From assembly GCA_018110785.1 (NCBI GenBank), contig JAGBHD010000009.1:940-64939 (forward strand): 64,000 bases of DNA. The letters are read 5' to 3'. Origin of the DNA: Oscillospiraceae bacterium (GTDB taxonomy: Bacteria > Bacillota > Clostridia > Oscillospirales > JAGBHD01). The notes under the pieces were generated by a model. It saw only the letters and a program-made list of their open reading frames with translations. It was not told the origin of the DNA and searched no databases. The translations under genes were made by a program, and so were the position numbers. Shown here piece after piece: positions 10,338 to 19,411 of the stretch. Every line of letters starts with the position of its first letter. Positions within the stretch are counted from its first letter, which is position 1.

Positions 10338-11426
10338 TTATTTGTCCTCCTTTGCCGCTTTGCGGAACATTATTTTATAGTTTATAAAGAATTCGCAACC
10401 GATAATAAAGAAGAGGATAACCGCTGTTATAATATCGGAAATAGAGCTGTTCATCTTAAAGGCATTGGAAATCTGATTTGCGCCAACCTCTAAGAAGATA
10501 ACGAGGAAAGAGGTTAAAACCATAAATAGGGGATTGAATTTGCCGAGCCAAGAAACCATAATAGCGGTAAAGCCTTGTCCGCCAACGGTATCTGTTGCTA
10601 TTGTATGGTTTGTTCCGCCAACTAATATAAGACCGGCAACTCCACATAAAGCTCCCGAAACGATTAAGGTTCTTATAATAACCTTTTTAACGTTTATTCC
10701 TATATATCTTGCGGTATTTTCGCTTTCTCCTACAACCGATATCTCATATCCCTGTTTGCTGAAGCGGAGATAGATATAAACGGCAACGGTTAAAACGGCA
10801 ACAATAATAATGTTTAAAAGCCAGTTGTTTAAAATTCTCGGCAGTCCGTATTGGGACATGGGAGCTAAGGTGCCGCTACCGCTTGTAACCCAGGTATTAA
10901 TGAAGAACGAAACTAAAAATGTTGCAACATAGTTCATCATAAGGGTAAAAAGGGTTTCATTGGTATTCCATTTTGCCTTGAATATAGCGGGAATAACTGC
11001 CCAGATAATACCTGCAACAATGCTCGATACTATCATTAAAAGATAAAGCAAGGGTAAGGGAAGAGCTCCACCTAAGTAATACATACAAGCGCAGGTAGCA
11101 AGTCCGCCTACCAAAACCTGACCTTCAGCGCCTGTATTCCAAAAGCGCATTTTAAAAGCAGGTGTTACAGCCAAGGATATGCAAAGAAGCACCGCCGTTT
11201 TCTGAAGAAGTATCCATATTCTGCGGGAGGTTCCGAATGCACCCTCAAATAAGGCTGTAAAAAACTGAATGGGATTTATTCCTTTAAGAACAAAAACCAA
11301 AAGAGCGGAGAATAAGAGAGAAACAATAACCGCGATTGCCCTGATTAAAACGGCCTTTTTGGTAGATATATCGGTCCGCTTAACTATATGAACAAGCGGC
11401 TCGCGGTGATGTGTCGCTGTTTTCAT
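10338..11426 (-). CDS. ABC transporter permease (BMP/nucleoside-type system)
   Basis: 362 aa polytopic permease. It abuts the downstream permease and overlaps the ATPase gene by 4 nt. Confidence 0.85.
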   Translation of the reverse strand: MKTATHHREPLVHIVKRTDISTKKAVLIRAIAVIVSLLFSALLVFVLKGINPIQFFTALFEGAFGTSRRIWILLQKTAVLLCISLAVTPAFKMRFWNTGAEGQVLVGGLATCACMYYLGGALPLPLLYLLMIVSSIVAGIIWAVIPAIFKAKWNTNETLFTLMMNYVATFLVSFFINTWVTSGSGTLAPMSQYGLPRILNNWLLNIIIVAVLTVAVYIYLRFSKQGYEISVVGESENTARYIGINVKKVIIRTLIVSGALCGVAGLILVGGTNHTIATDTVGGQGFTAIMVSWLGKFNPLFMVLTSFLVIFLEVGANQISNAFKMNSSISDIITAVILFFIIGCEFFINYKIMFRKAAKEDK

Positions 11427-12967
11427 ATTTCTCCTCCTTCTTCTGTATGTGCATATTTAGTCATAAGAAGACCAACTTCCTCTTTGGTAGCCGTTCTTCC
11501 GTCTAAAACACCGGTTATTTTTCCGCCGCCGATAACTAAAATTCTGTCGCAAAGCTCTAATAAAACGTCAAGGTCCTCTCCAACGAAAATAACGGCAACG
11601 CCGCTTTCTTTCTGTTTGGTTAAGAGATTATAAATTGTATAAGATGAGTTTATATCAAGACCTCTAACGGGATAAGCTGCCATTAAAACGGTAGGGGAAG
11701 AGGCAATTTCTCTGCCAACTAAAACCTTTTGAACATTTCCTCCCGAAAGACGGCGAACAGGTGTACTTGCGCTCGGCGTTACAACCTCTAAGCTTTCTAT
11801 AATCTTATCTGCAAGTTCATGGGGTTTTTTGCGGTCGAGGAATACGGATTTTCCTTTTTTATAGCTTCTGAGCATCATATTATCGGTAATATCCATATTT
11901 CCTACAAGTCCCATACCTAATCTGTCCTCAGGAACAAAGGAAAGGCGAACACCCAAATCTCTTATCTGAATAGGGGTTTTATCTCGAAGGTCGTCTTCTT
12001 TGCCTGTTTTGGGATTATGATAGATAATTCTTCCCTCGGTTAAATGCTGAAGACCTGCAATAGCCTCTAAAAGCTCTCTCTGTCCGCTTCCTGCAATTCC
12101 CGCAATTCCGAGAATTTCTCCCGAACGGGCAGTAAAGGAAACGTTATCCAAAAGGCGAACACCCTCGCGGTTTGTGCAGCTGATATTTTCAACTATAAGT
12201 CTGTCCTCTGAGTTTTTAGGTTCGCTTCTTTCGATATTTAAGGAAATCTTCTTTCCAACCATCATTTCGGTTAATGACGATTCATTTGTTTCGGCGGTAT
12301 TAACCGTTCCTATGTATTCGCCCTTTCTCAAAACCGCAACTCTGTCGGAAAGGGAAAGAACCTCATGAAGCTTATGGGTAATTATGATAATAGCCTTGTT
12401 ATCATCGCGCATACGGCGAAGAATATCGAAAAGCTTTAGGGTTTCCTGCGGAGTTAAAACTGCAGTAGGCTCATCAAGTATTAAAATATCGGCGCCGCGG
12501 TATAAAACCTTGATTATCTCAACCGTCTGCTTTTCCGAAACCGACATTTCATAAACCTTTTTATTTAAATCAAGCTCAAAGCCGTATTGTTCGCAAATGC
12601 CGTGAATTATCTCGGTAGATTTCTTTATGTCAAAGCCTTTTTTATCCTTAAGCCCTAAAAGAATATTTTCCGCAGCCGAAAAAACATCAACAAGCTTAAA
12701 ATGCTGATGTATCATTCCGATATTATAGCGATAAGCATCTTTCGGGGAGCGAATCATAACCTCTTCGTTTCCTATAAGTATCTCGCCTTCATCGGGATAA
12801 TAAATGCCGGAAATCATATTCATAAGGGTTGTCTTTCCGCTTCCGTTTTCGCCTAAAATGGAAAGAATTTCGCCATGATAAACTTCCATAGAAACATTCT
12901 TGTTCGCAACAACAGGACCAAAGGTCTTTGTTATTCCGCGAAGCTCAATAGCAGGTGTTTTTTTCAT
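11423..12967 (-). CDS. ABC transporter ATP-binding protein (tandem ATPase domains)
   Basis: 514 aa with two Walker A sites (GENGSGKTT, GIAGSGQRE) and LSGGN signature regions. Confidence 0.9.
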   Translation of the reverse strand: MKKTPAIELRGITKTFGPVVANKNVSMEVYHGEILSILGENGSGKTTLMNMISGIYYPDEGEILIGNEEVMIRSPKDAYRYNIGMIHQHFKLVDVFSAAENILLGLKDKKGFDIKKSTEIIHGICEQYGFELDLNKKVYEMSVSEKQTVEIIKVLYRGADILILDEPTAVLTPQETLKLFDILRRMRDDNKAIIIITHKLHEVLSLSDRVAVLRKGEYIGTVNTAETNESSLTEMMVGKKISLNIERSEPKNSEDRLIVENISCTNREGVRLLDNVSFTARSGEILGIAGIAGSGQRELLEAIAGLQHLTEGRIIYHNPKTGKEDDLRDKTPIQIRDLGVRLSFVPEDRLGMGLVGNMDITDNMMLRSYKKGKSVFLDRKKPHELADKIIESLEVVTPSASTPVRRLSGGNVQKVLVGREIASSPTVLMAAYPVRGLDINSSYTIYNLLTKQKESGVAVIFVGEDLDVLLELCDRILVIGGGKITGVLDGRTATKEEVGLLMTKYAHTEEGGEI

Positions 12968-13039
12968 TTTATCCTCCTGTTATCTATTATTCAAAACAAC
13001 AAACAGCGGTTTATTTGCAGTTTTCAATAATAGATAATA

Positions 13040-13060
13040 GGCGGAGCGAAAAGCTCCGCC
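13040..13060 (-). promoter_or_regulatory. Intercistronic stem-loop after the binding-protein gene
   Basis: GGCGGAGC gaaaa GCTCCGCC, an 8-bp GC-rich stem with no clear U-tract on the minus strand. It could be a partial terminator or an mRNA stabiliser between the SBP and ATPase genes. Confidence 0.5.
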
Positions 13061-13075
13061 TTAGTATCTAAAAAA

Positions 13076-14269
13076 TTATTTGTCAAGTCTTGTAATGCCG
13101 TCGATAGGAAGATCAAAGTAAGGTGCGGAACGATGTTTGGATTCATAGAATACACCGTTCTCAATAACTTCGGTCTCACCAACATAGTCGCCTGCATCGT
13201 CAACGTCTGCAAGATATGTTGTAACCTTCTCGCCGCCAACTGTGAAGTTGTTGGTGTCGAATACGTGGCGTGTGCCTGCTTTAAGCTCAGCCATAGCAGT
13301 ATCAATAGCTTCTTTGGTTCCTTCAGCTGCAACAGCAGTGTTCATATCAACAACCTTAACAGAATCGGTGTTGAGAGAACCAAACCAGTCATAAGGCATA
13401 TCAGTTTCGTTCTGAGTAGAAGTAATCATATACTCAAAGAAAGGAGCCCAGTTGATTCTGGAAGCGATAAGATAGGTGTTAGGGCAGGTAGAGATGGTTG
13501 TTCCGTTGTAGAATACATTGGGAACGTTTCTTGTTTCGCAAACTCCGGGAGCACCCATAGAGTCAGCGTGCTGGCTGATTAAAACTGCGCCTTTGTCGAT
13601 TAAAGCGTTAGCTGTATTAGCTTCGCCCTCGGGAGAATACCAAGAGCCTGTGAAGTCAACAAGCATTGTAACGCTGGGGCAAACAGATTTAGCGCCGAGA
13701 TAGAAAGAAGAATATCCGGAGATAACTTCAGCATAAGGGAAGGCACCAACATAACCCATAACAGCTTCTTCAGCAGTAATGTCGCCTGAAGTGATCATCT
13801 CGTTGAGCTTCATACCTGCAGCAATACCTGCAAGATATCTGCCTTCGTAGATGGAAGCGAAAGCGTTGTGGTAGTTGGGGAGCTTTTCTGTGTGAGCCTT
13901 AACGCCTGTAGCGTGGCAGAACTCAACATCAGGGAACTCTTTTGCCGCCTTGATCATCCATTCTTCATGACCAAAGCTGTCTGCGAAGATAACATCGCAT
14001 CCTTGGTCAACAAGGTCAACAGCTTCGTCATAGCAAGCTGCGCCTTCGGGAATCTCCTTTTTGAAGATTACCTGAGATTCATCAAGACCGAGTTTCTCGG
14101 TAGCTTCGAGAGCAGCGTCGATGAAGTTTTTGTCATAAGTAGAGGTTTCATCATGTAAGAAAATGAAGCCTACCTTGAAAACACCGTCGTCGCTGTCGCA
14201 GCTGGAGAGAACGGAAACGCATCCGAACATCATAACAGCTGCAAGGATAAGAGAGAGCAGTTTTTTCAT
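13076..14269 (-). CDS. BMP family lipoprotein (substrate-binding protein of nucleoside-type ABC importer)
   Basis: 397 aa. Signal peptide with lipobox (..VLSSC/DSDD) and PnrA/Med/BmpA-like sequence. Codon usage is visibly biased, consistent with high expression. Confidence 0.85.
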   Translation of the reverse strand: MKKLLSLILAAVMMFGCVSVLSSCDSDDGVFKVGFIFLHDETSTYDKNFIDAALEATEKLGLDESQVIFKKEIPEGAACYDEAVDLVDQGCDVIFADSFGHEEWMIKAAKEFPDVEFCHATGVKAHTEKLPNYHNAFASIYEGRYLAGIAAGMKLNEMITSGDITAEEAVMGYVGAFPYAEVISGYSSFYLGAKSVCPSVTMLVDFTGSWYSPEGEANTANALIDKGAVLISQHADSMGAPGVCETRNVPNVFYNGTTISTCPNTYLIASRINWAPFFEYMITSTQNETDMPYDWFGSLNTDSVKVVDMNTAVAAEGTKEAIDTAMAELKAGTRHVFDTNNFTVGGEKVTTYLADVDDAGDYVGETEVIENGVFYESKHRSAPYFDLPIDGITRLDK

Positions 14270-14305
14270 GTTTTTTCCTCCTTGCCTTTTTTAAGGCATT
14301 TTAAT

Positions 14306-14342
14306 TTTAAAAATCGTCCGAAATAAAACTATTTACGGACGA
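14306..14342 (-). terminator. Rho-independent terminator overlapping the xpt stop codon
   Basis: Minus strand reads TCGTCCG taaatagttttattt CGGACGA TTTTT; stem arms are at 14336-14342 and 14314-14320. Confidence 0.6.
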
Positions 14343-14905
14343 AATTTTACATTACCCGACTCCATCGACTCTATTATAGCCATGGATTCAACTCTGAGTC
14401 CCGCTTCGCGAAGCTTTTTGCCGCCGCTTTGAAAAGATTTTTCAACTGCGATGGCCGCGCCTACAGGTTTAGCCCCTGCCTGAGCGCATATATCCAAAAG
14501 ACCTAAAAGGGCATTACCCTCGGCTAAAAAATCATCAACAAACAAAACCTTATCCTCAGATGTAAGAAACTCTTTTTCAACAACGATGGTATAATCGGTA
14601 TTATGGGTATAGGAATGAACCTTAGCGGCATAAACCTCTCCGCCGATATTGGTGGTTTTATGTTTTTTTGCAAACAGAGCGGGGATATGCATAACAGCGC
14701 CAACCAAAGCGGCAATGGCAATTCCCGATGATTCAACGGTTAAAATCTTGGTAGCGCCCGAATCTTTATATAAAGAAGCAATTTCTTCGGCTACTTTAAG
14801 GAGAAAATCACAATCGAGGTTATGGTTTAAAAAGCTTCCGACCTTTAAAATTCCGCCGGGGAAAACCTTGCCCTCGGAAAGGATTTTTTCTTCCATTAAT
14901 TTCAT
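14333..14905 (-). CDS. xpt: Xanthine phosphoribosyltransferase
   Basis: 190 aa starting MKLMEEKILSEGKVFPGGILKVGSFLNH, with PRPP-binding VLFVDDFLAEGNA. Confidence 0.9.
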   Translation of the reverse strand: MKLMEEKILSEGKVFPGGILKVGSFLNHNLDCDFLLKVAEEIASLYKDSGATKILTVESSGIAIAALVGAVMHIPALFAKKHKTTNIGGEVYAAKVHSYTHNTDYTIVVEKEFLTSEDKVLFVDDFLAEGNALLGLLDICAQAGAKPVGAAIAVEKSFQSGGKKLREAGLRVESMAIIESMESGNVKFRP

Positions 14906-14968
14906 AAAATAGCTCCTTTAAATTTTGTATAATATTAACCTCAATTTTTTAGAATATTATTGAAAAAA

Positions 14969-14997
14969 ATTATATCATACCGCTTAAAAAATTGCAA
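14969..14997 (-). promoter_or_regulatory. sigmaA-type promoter for xpt: TTGCAA, 17 nt, TATAAT
   Basis: Minus strand reads TTGCAA ttttttaagcggtatga TATAAT. This leaves a leader of only about 55-60 nt. Confidence 0.6.
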
Positions 14998-15087
14998 CAC
15001 GAATTTCACAAATATTTCAAATTTTCGACAGAATAATGCTATACCTTGCCGACATATGTCAAAAACTCAAAAACTGGATAAAATAGG

Positions 15088-15116
15088 TTTACAATCTTGA
15101 AAAAATATGGTATCAT
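15088..15116 (+). promoter_or_regulatory. sigmaA-type promoter for GT2-GT2-asnA: TTTACA, 17 nt, (TGg)TATCAT
   Basis: TTTACA (15088-15093), spacer atcttgaaaaaatatgg, TATCAT (15111-15116). Confidence 0.5.
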
Positions 15117-15161
15117 AATTCAGATAATGTAAAATAATATATAGGAACAGGAGGCAGGATT

Positions 15162-16073
15162 ATGGTTACAGTTTTAGTTGCAGTATATAATGGCGAAAAA
15201 TATCTTGCCGACCTTTTAAATTCCATTATAAATCAGACCTATAAGGATATAAGAATCGTTGTTTCAGATGATTTAAGCTCAGATAAAAGTCCTGAGATAA
15301 TAAAGGAATTTTTTGAAAAATATCCCGATAAAATAATCCCTGTTTTCAGAAAAACTTCTTCGGGGAGCGCCAAAGCGCATTTTATTTATCTTTTGGAAGA
15401 GTTTTCCGATAGCGAGTTTTTAATGTTCTGTGATCAGGACGATGTATGGTTCCCCGATAAGATTGAAAAAACCCTCTCTCTTATGTTAAAAGGGGATAAC
15501 AATAAACCTCGCTTAGTTCATACGGATTGCGTTTTAGCTGATGAGTTTTTAAATATAACCCATAAATCATTTAAGAAGTTTTCTATGGTACCAACCGTTC
15601 TTCCTTTTTCCAAGCTTTTAGCTGAAAATTCGGTTCAAGGAGCCTCTGCTATGGTAAATAAAGCCCTTGTAAAAGAGGCAGTTCCGTATAGCGAAGATAT
15701 GGTTATGCATGATAGATGGGTAGCCTTGATAGCTTCGGCTTTAGGAGAGATAGATTATTTAGATGAGCCTACATTTTTTTATCGGCAGCATTCAAAAAAT
15801 CAGATAGGTGCTTCTAAAAAGCCGAGCTCTCTTTCTTATATTAAGATGCGTCTTAAAACCAATATAGCAAAGGATATAAATCTTTCCCGCCGTCAGGCAG
15901 GTCTTTTGCTTAAAAGAATAGGGGATAAGATGCCGAATGAGCTAAAGCTTATAGCAGAAGAGTATGCAAATTCGGAAAAGCTTTCTAAGCTTGAAAGAAT
16001 AAGAATATTAAAGCGAAGAAATATAATGCCTGATTCGGCTTTGAAAAAAATAAAATTTCTTTTGTGGGGGTAA
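15162..16073 (+). CDS. Family 2 glycosyltransferase
   Basis: 303 aa. GT-A fold signatures: VLVAVYNGEKYL..SIINQTY, ..VSDDLSSD.., and DXD-type FCDQDDVW. Confidence 0.85.
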   Translation: MVTVLVAVYNGEKYLADLLNSIINQTYKDIRIVVSDDLSSDKSPEIIKEFFEKYPDKIIPVFRKTSSGSAKAHFIYLLEEFSDSEFLMFCDQDDVWFPDKIEKTLSLMLKGDNNKPRLVHTDCVLADEFLNITHKSFKKFSMVPTVLPFSKLLAENSVQGASAMVNKALVKEAVPYSEDMVMHDRWVALIASALGEIDYLDEPTFFYRQHSKNQIGASKKPSSLSYIKMRLKTNIAKDINLSRRQAGLLLKRIGDKMPNELKLIAEEYANSEKLSKLERIRILKRRNIMPDSALKKIKFLLWG

Positions 16074-16079
16074 AAAAAG

Positions 16080-16823
16080 GTGCTTAAACCTATTATCGTT
16101 ATATATAATAAGTCGTGCGAAAATTCTCCCGCTTGCCGTTTCGCAAAGGAAAATGGTCTTAAAGCCATTCTCTGCGATAACAGTACTATAGAAAACGATA
16201 ATGAAAAATTTGCCGCCGAAGCAGGCTTTACCTATATTCCCATGGGAGGAAATAAAGGCCTTTCCAAAGCCTATAACAGAGCTTTGGAAATAGAAGCCGA
16301 AGAAGACTATTATCTTATTTTAGATGATGATACTTCTCTTCCCGAAAACTTTATAGCCCTTGTAAAAGCCCATATAGAGAAAAATCCCGATGCCGAGCTG
16401 CTTTTGCCTATAGTTAAAGCGGGTGAAGCGGTTATATCTCCCGCAGTTTTGGGGAAATGGCGCGTAAGAATGGTCCGCAAGAATGAAAAGGTTAAAGCCT
16501 TTACAGCGATAAATTCGGGAATGGTAGTTAAAAAAAGCCTCTTTTCAGAATTTAGTTATGATGAAAATCTCTTTTTAGAATATATCGACCATGACCTTAT
16601 GTGTTATGTTAAAGATAAGAATAAGAAGTTACATATAATGGAAAACATTCAGCTTTTTCAAAGCTTTTTCGGCTTATCCAACCAAACAAGAGAAGCGGCT
16701 TTAAGGCGCTATAATATATTCAAATCAGATTTTAAATATTTTGTTAAAAAACATAATAGAAATAGATTTGTTGCCGCGCTTATTATATTAAAGCGAAAAA
16801 TAGCGGCAGAAAGGAAAAAATAA
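16080..16823 (+). CDS. Family 2 glycosyltransferase-like protein
   Basis: 247 aa with a GTG start. Carries PIIVIYNKS.. and ILDDDT (DXD), resembling short rhamnosyl/glycosyltransferases. Confidence 0.7.
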   Translation: MLKPIIVIYNKSCENSPACRFAKENGLKAILCDNSTIENDNEKFAAEAGFTYIPMGGNKGLSKAYNRALEIEAEEDYYLILDDDTSLPENFIALVKAHIEKNPDAELLLPIVKAGEAVISPAVLGKWRVRMVRKNEKVKAFTAINSGMVVKKSLFSEFSYDENLFLEYIDHDLMCYVKDKNKKLHIMENIQLFQSFFGLSNQTREAALRRYNIFKSDFKYFVKKHNRNRFVAALIILKRKIAAERKK

Positions 16824-17821
16824 TGACATTTATTCCGAAAGATTATAAATCCGCCTTGGATTTAAAGGAAACTCAGATTGCAATTAAAAAGGTAAAGGAC
16901 TTTTTTGAGAGAGATTTATCAATAGCCCTTAATTTAACCCGTGTAACCGCGCCCTTGTTTGTAGAAAAAAACAGCGGACTTAACGATGATTTAAACGGAA
17001 CTGAAAGGGCAGTAGGCTTTGATATAAAATCGGGCGAAAGCTTCGAGATAGTTCATTCCTTAGCTAAATGGAAAAGAAAGGCTCTCTCCGATTATTCTTT
17101 CCCCGTAGGCGAAGGCCTTTATACCGATATGAACGCTATAAGAAGAGATGAGGATACCGATAATATACATAGTATGTTCGTTGACCAGTGGGACTGGGAG
17201 AAGATAATAACCCCCGAAGAGAGAACGGTAGAAACCTTAAAGAAAACGGTTAAAAATATCTATAAGGCGCTAAAGCATACCGAAAACTATATAATGCATG
17301 AATATAAATTTATAGAGCGGCTTCTCCCTGAGGAGATAACCTTTATAACAAGTCAGGAGCTTTTGGATAAATATCCCGATAAAACCTCAAAGGAAAGAGA
17401 ATATCTCGCCGCAAAAGAATATGGTGCTGTATTTTTAATGGGAATAGGCGGAGCCCTTTCAAACGGTGAAATACACGACGGCAGAGCGCCCGACTATGAT
17501 GATTGGTCGTTAAACGGAGATATAATAGTTTATTATCCTGTTTTGGATATTGCCTTAGAGCTTTCTTCAATGGGAATAAGGGTAGATGCAAAAACGCTGA
17601 AAGCTCAGCTCAAAGAGCGAAATAAAGAGGATAGATTATCTCTTCCTTTCCATAAAGCTTTGATAGAGGGAAAACTTCCGCAAACCATCGGCGGCGGAAT
17701 AGGTCAGTCGCGAATTTGTATGTTCTTTCTTAGAAAAGCCCATATAGGCGAGGTTCAGTCGGCATATTGGGACGAAAAAACTAAAGAAGAATGCCGCAGT
17801 TTTGGAGCAGAGATATTATAA
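16823..17821 (+). CDS. asnA: Aspartate--ammonia ligase (asparagine synthetase A)
   Basis: 332 aa, full-length AsnA pattern (..[48 protein letters not shown]..). The ATG overlaps the upstream TAA by 1 nt (TAATG). Confidence 0.9.
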   Translation: MTFIPKDYKSALDLKETQIAIKKVKDFFERDLSIALNLTRVTAPLFVEKNSGLNDDLNGTERAVGFDIKSGESFEIVHSLAKWKRKALSDYSFPVGEGLYTDMNAIRRDEDTDNIHSMFVDQWDWEKIITPEERTVETLKKTVKNIYKALKHTENYIMHEYKFIERLLPEEITFITSQELLDKYPDKTSKEREYLAAKEYGAVFLMGIGGALSNGEIHDGRAPDYDDWSLNGDIIVYYPVLDIALELSSMGIRVDAKTLKAQLKERNKEDRLSLPFHKALIEGKLPQTIGGGIGQSRICMFFLRKAHIGEVQSAYWDEKTKEECRSFGAEIL

Positions 17822-17827
17822 ACAGAA

Positions 17828-17862
17828 AAAAACACCTCTTAGTAGAAAAAGAGGTGTTTTTC
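17828..17862. terminator. Bidirectional terminator between asnA and the DUF378 gene
   Basis: ACACCTCTT (17832-17840) pairs with AAGAGGTGT (17849-17857), flanked by A and T runs. Confidence 0.8.
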
Positions 17863-17866
17863 TTTG

Positions 17867-18076
17867 TTAGTCGCGAATTTCGGCATGCTCGGTATCTCTG
17901 AATAAAAGGGAAATGCACCAAATTCCGGCTAAGGCTACGAGCGTATATATGATGCGGCTCACAATAGCTCCTTGTCCGCCGAATATCCATGCAACAACAT
18001 CGAAACCGAATATGCCGATACCGCCCCAGTTAAGTGCGCCGATTATAACTAAAATAAGGCATATTTTATCGAGCAT
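17867..18076 (-). CDS. DUF378 family small membrane protein
   Basis: 69 aa with ..IIGALNWGGIGIFGFDVVAWIFGG.., characteristic of DUF378. Confidence 0.8.
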   Translation of the reverse strand: MLDKICLILVIIGALNWGGIGIFGFDVVAWIFGGQGAIVSRIIYTLVALAGIWCISLLFRDTEHAEIRD

Positions 18077-18135
18077 AGGTAAAACTCCGTTCGATTAGAC
18101 TTTATCGGCTGCCGCAAGAATGCCGACAAGAATAG

Positions 18136-18157
18136 TTTTAACAATGTTTTTAACAAT
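18136..18157. repeat. Tandem direct repeat TTTTAACAAT x2 (12-bp register)
   Basis: Copies at 18136-18145 and 18148-18157, ending 18 nt upstream of the -35 of the AI-2E transporter promoter. Confidence 0.6.
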
Positions 18158-18175
18158 ATTCATATAGGTTTTTTA

Positions 18176-18204
18176 TTGATTTTTAAATTTTAATGTGTTA
18201 TGAT
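18176..18204 (+). promoter_or_regulatory. sigmaA-type promoter: TTGATT, 17 nt, (TGt)TATGAT
   Basis: TTGATT (18176-18181), spacer tttaaattttaatgtgt, TATGAT (18199-18204). Confidence 0.55.
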
Positions 18205-18242
18205 AAATTTGTATCATTATGTAAAGTGAAAGGACTTGCAAA

Positions 18243-19406
18243 ATGAAAAAAATAGATTGGAACAGAAAATATACAACTATTGCCGTTTATGTTATCTTAA
18301 CAGCCTGCGCTATAGGCTTGATTTTGGGAATGCTTTGGAATTTTTCGCTTGTGTCGGCAGCAATCGGAACGCTAATTTCGGTTTTATCTCCCTTTATAAT
18401 CGGCTTTGTTTTGGCTTATCTTCTTTTACCGATAGTTAATTTCTTTGAAAAAATTTGTTTTGAAAAGATAAAACCGATGAAAACAAAAAGAAAGCTCAAT
18501 AGAGTTCTTTCGGTAGTAATATCTTATCTGCTTTTGATTGCTTTCTTGGTTTTATTTGCATATGTTGTAGTTCCTGAATTATATAGCTCCCTTTTGGAGA
18601 TTCTTTCCAATTTAGACAACTATGCGGAATCGGTAACTGCTTGGATGCAGAATATGTTTGATTCCAATCCCGCCCTTATAAAGATAGTAGATGAGGCTGC
18701 GGTATATATGACAGACATTTCTGAAACAATAATTGAAGCTGTTCTTCCGTATCTCGGCGGTGTTGCAACGGGTGTTGTTGTAGGAGTTAAAAATATTGTT
18801 GTAGGCTTGATAGTTGCCTTTTATATGCTGCTTCGCCACGAAATGTTTACCGCTCAGATAAAGAAAATAACCTATGCAATTTTCTCTTCTAAAACGGCTG
18901 AAAGAATGGTAGAAGTAACCAATTTAACCAATAAAGCCTTTTCAGGTTATGTTTCAGGTCAGCTGATAGATTCGGTTATGATTGCTATTATAACCTATCT
19001 TGTAATGCTTATCTTTGGTTGGCCTTATCCAATGCTTATTGCTGTTATAATCGGTGTTACGAATATTTTACCCTTCTTTGGTCCTTTTATCGGAGGAATA
19101 CCGAGCTTTATAATAATTCTTCTTATAAATCCTTGGCAGGCAATATCCTTTGGTATATTCATAATTATTCTTCAGCAGATAGACGGAAACATTATAGCTC
19201 CCAGAATACTTAGCAAATCGGTCGGAATGTCTGCAATATGGGTAGTATTTGCGATTATTGTCGGAGGCGGACTTTTCGGTTTTATCGGAATGGTTCTCGG
19301 AGTTCCGATGTTCAGCGTTATATATACGCTCTTTAAAGAATTTATCTCAAAAAGATTAGAGAAGAAAAATCTCTCCAGCAATACTAACGATTATAAAAAG
19401 GTGTAA
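18243..19406 (+). CDS. AI-2E family transporter (PerM/YtvI-like)
   Basis: 387 aa with about 8 TM helices and the conserved C-terminal ..NILPFFGPFIGGIP.. block. Confidence 0.85.
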   Translation: MKKIDWNRKYTTIAVYVILTACAIGLILGMLWNFSLVSAAIGTLISVLSPFIIGFVLAYLLLPIVNFFEKICFEKIKPMKTKRKLNRVLSVVISYLLLIAFLVLFAYVVVPELYSSLLEILSNLDNYAESVTAWMQNMFDSNPALIKIVDEAAVYMTDISETIIEAVLPYLGGVATGVVVGVKNIVVGLIVAFYMLLRHEMFTAQIKKITYAIFSSKTAERMVEVTNLTNKAFSGYVSGQLIDSVMIAIITYLVMLIFGWPYPMLIAVIIGVTNILPFFGPFIGGIPSFIIILLINPWQAISFGIFIIILQQIDGNIIAPRILSKSVGMSAIWVVFAIIVGGGLFGFIGMVLGVPMFSVIYTLFKEFISKRLEKKNLSSNTNDYKKV

Positions 19407-19411
19407 TTTCA

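Noticed and set aside
13024-13582. ORFs of 102 aa (-) and 149 aa (+) overlapping the BMP lipoprotein gene
   Set aside because: They are alternative-frame or antisense ORFs within a strongly codon-biased, clearly real gene.
14906-15161. Expected guanine/purine riboswitch upstream of xpt
   Set aside because: I read both strands and found none of the conserved riboswitch core segments or the three-way junction pattern. The predicted promoter leaves a leader too short to hold one. A covariance-model scan would be the decisive check.
18236-18439. 67-aa ORF overlapping the start of the AI-2E transporter gene in another frame
   Set aside because: It is out of frame with a clearly real membrane-protein gene that has the better SD (AAAGGA before ATG 18243).
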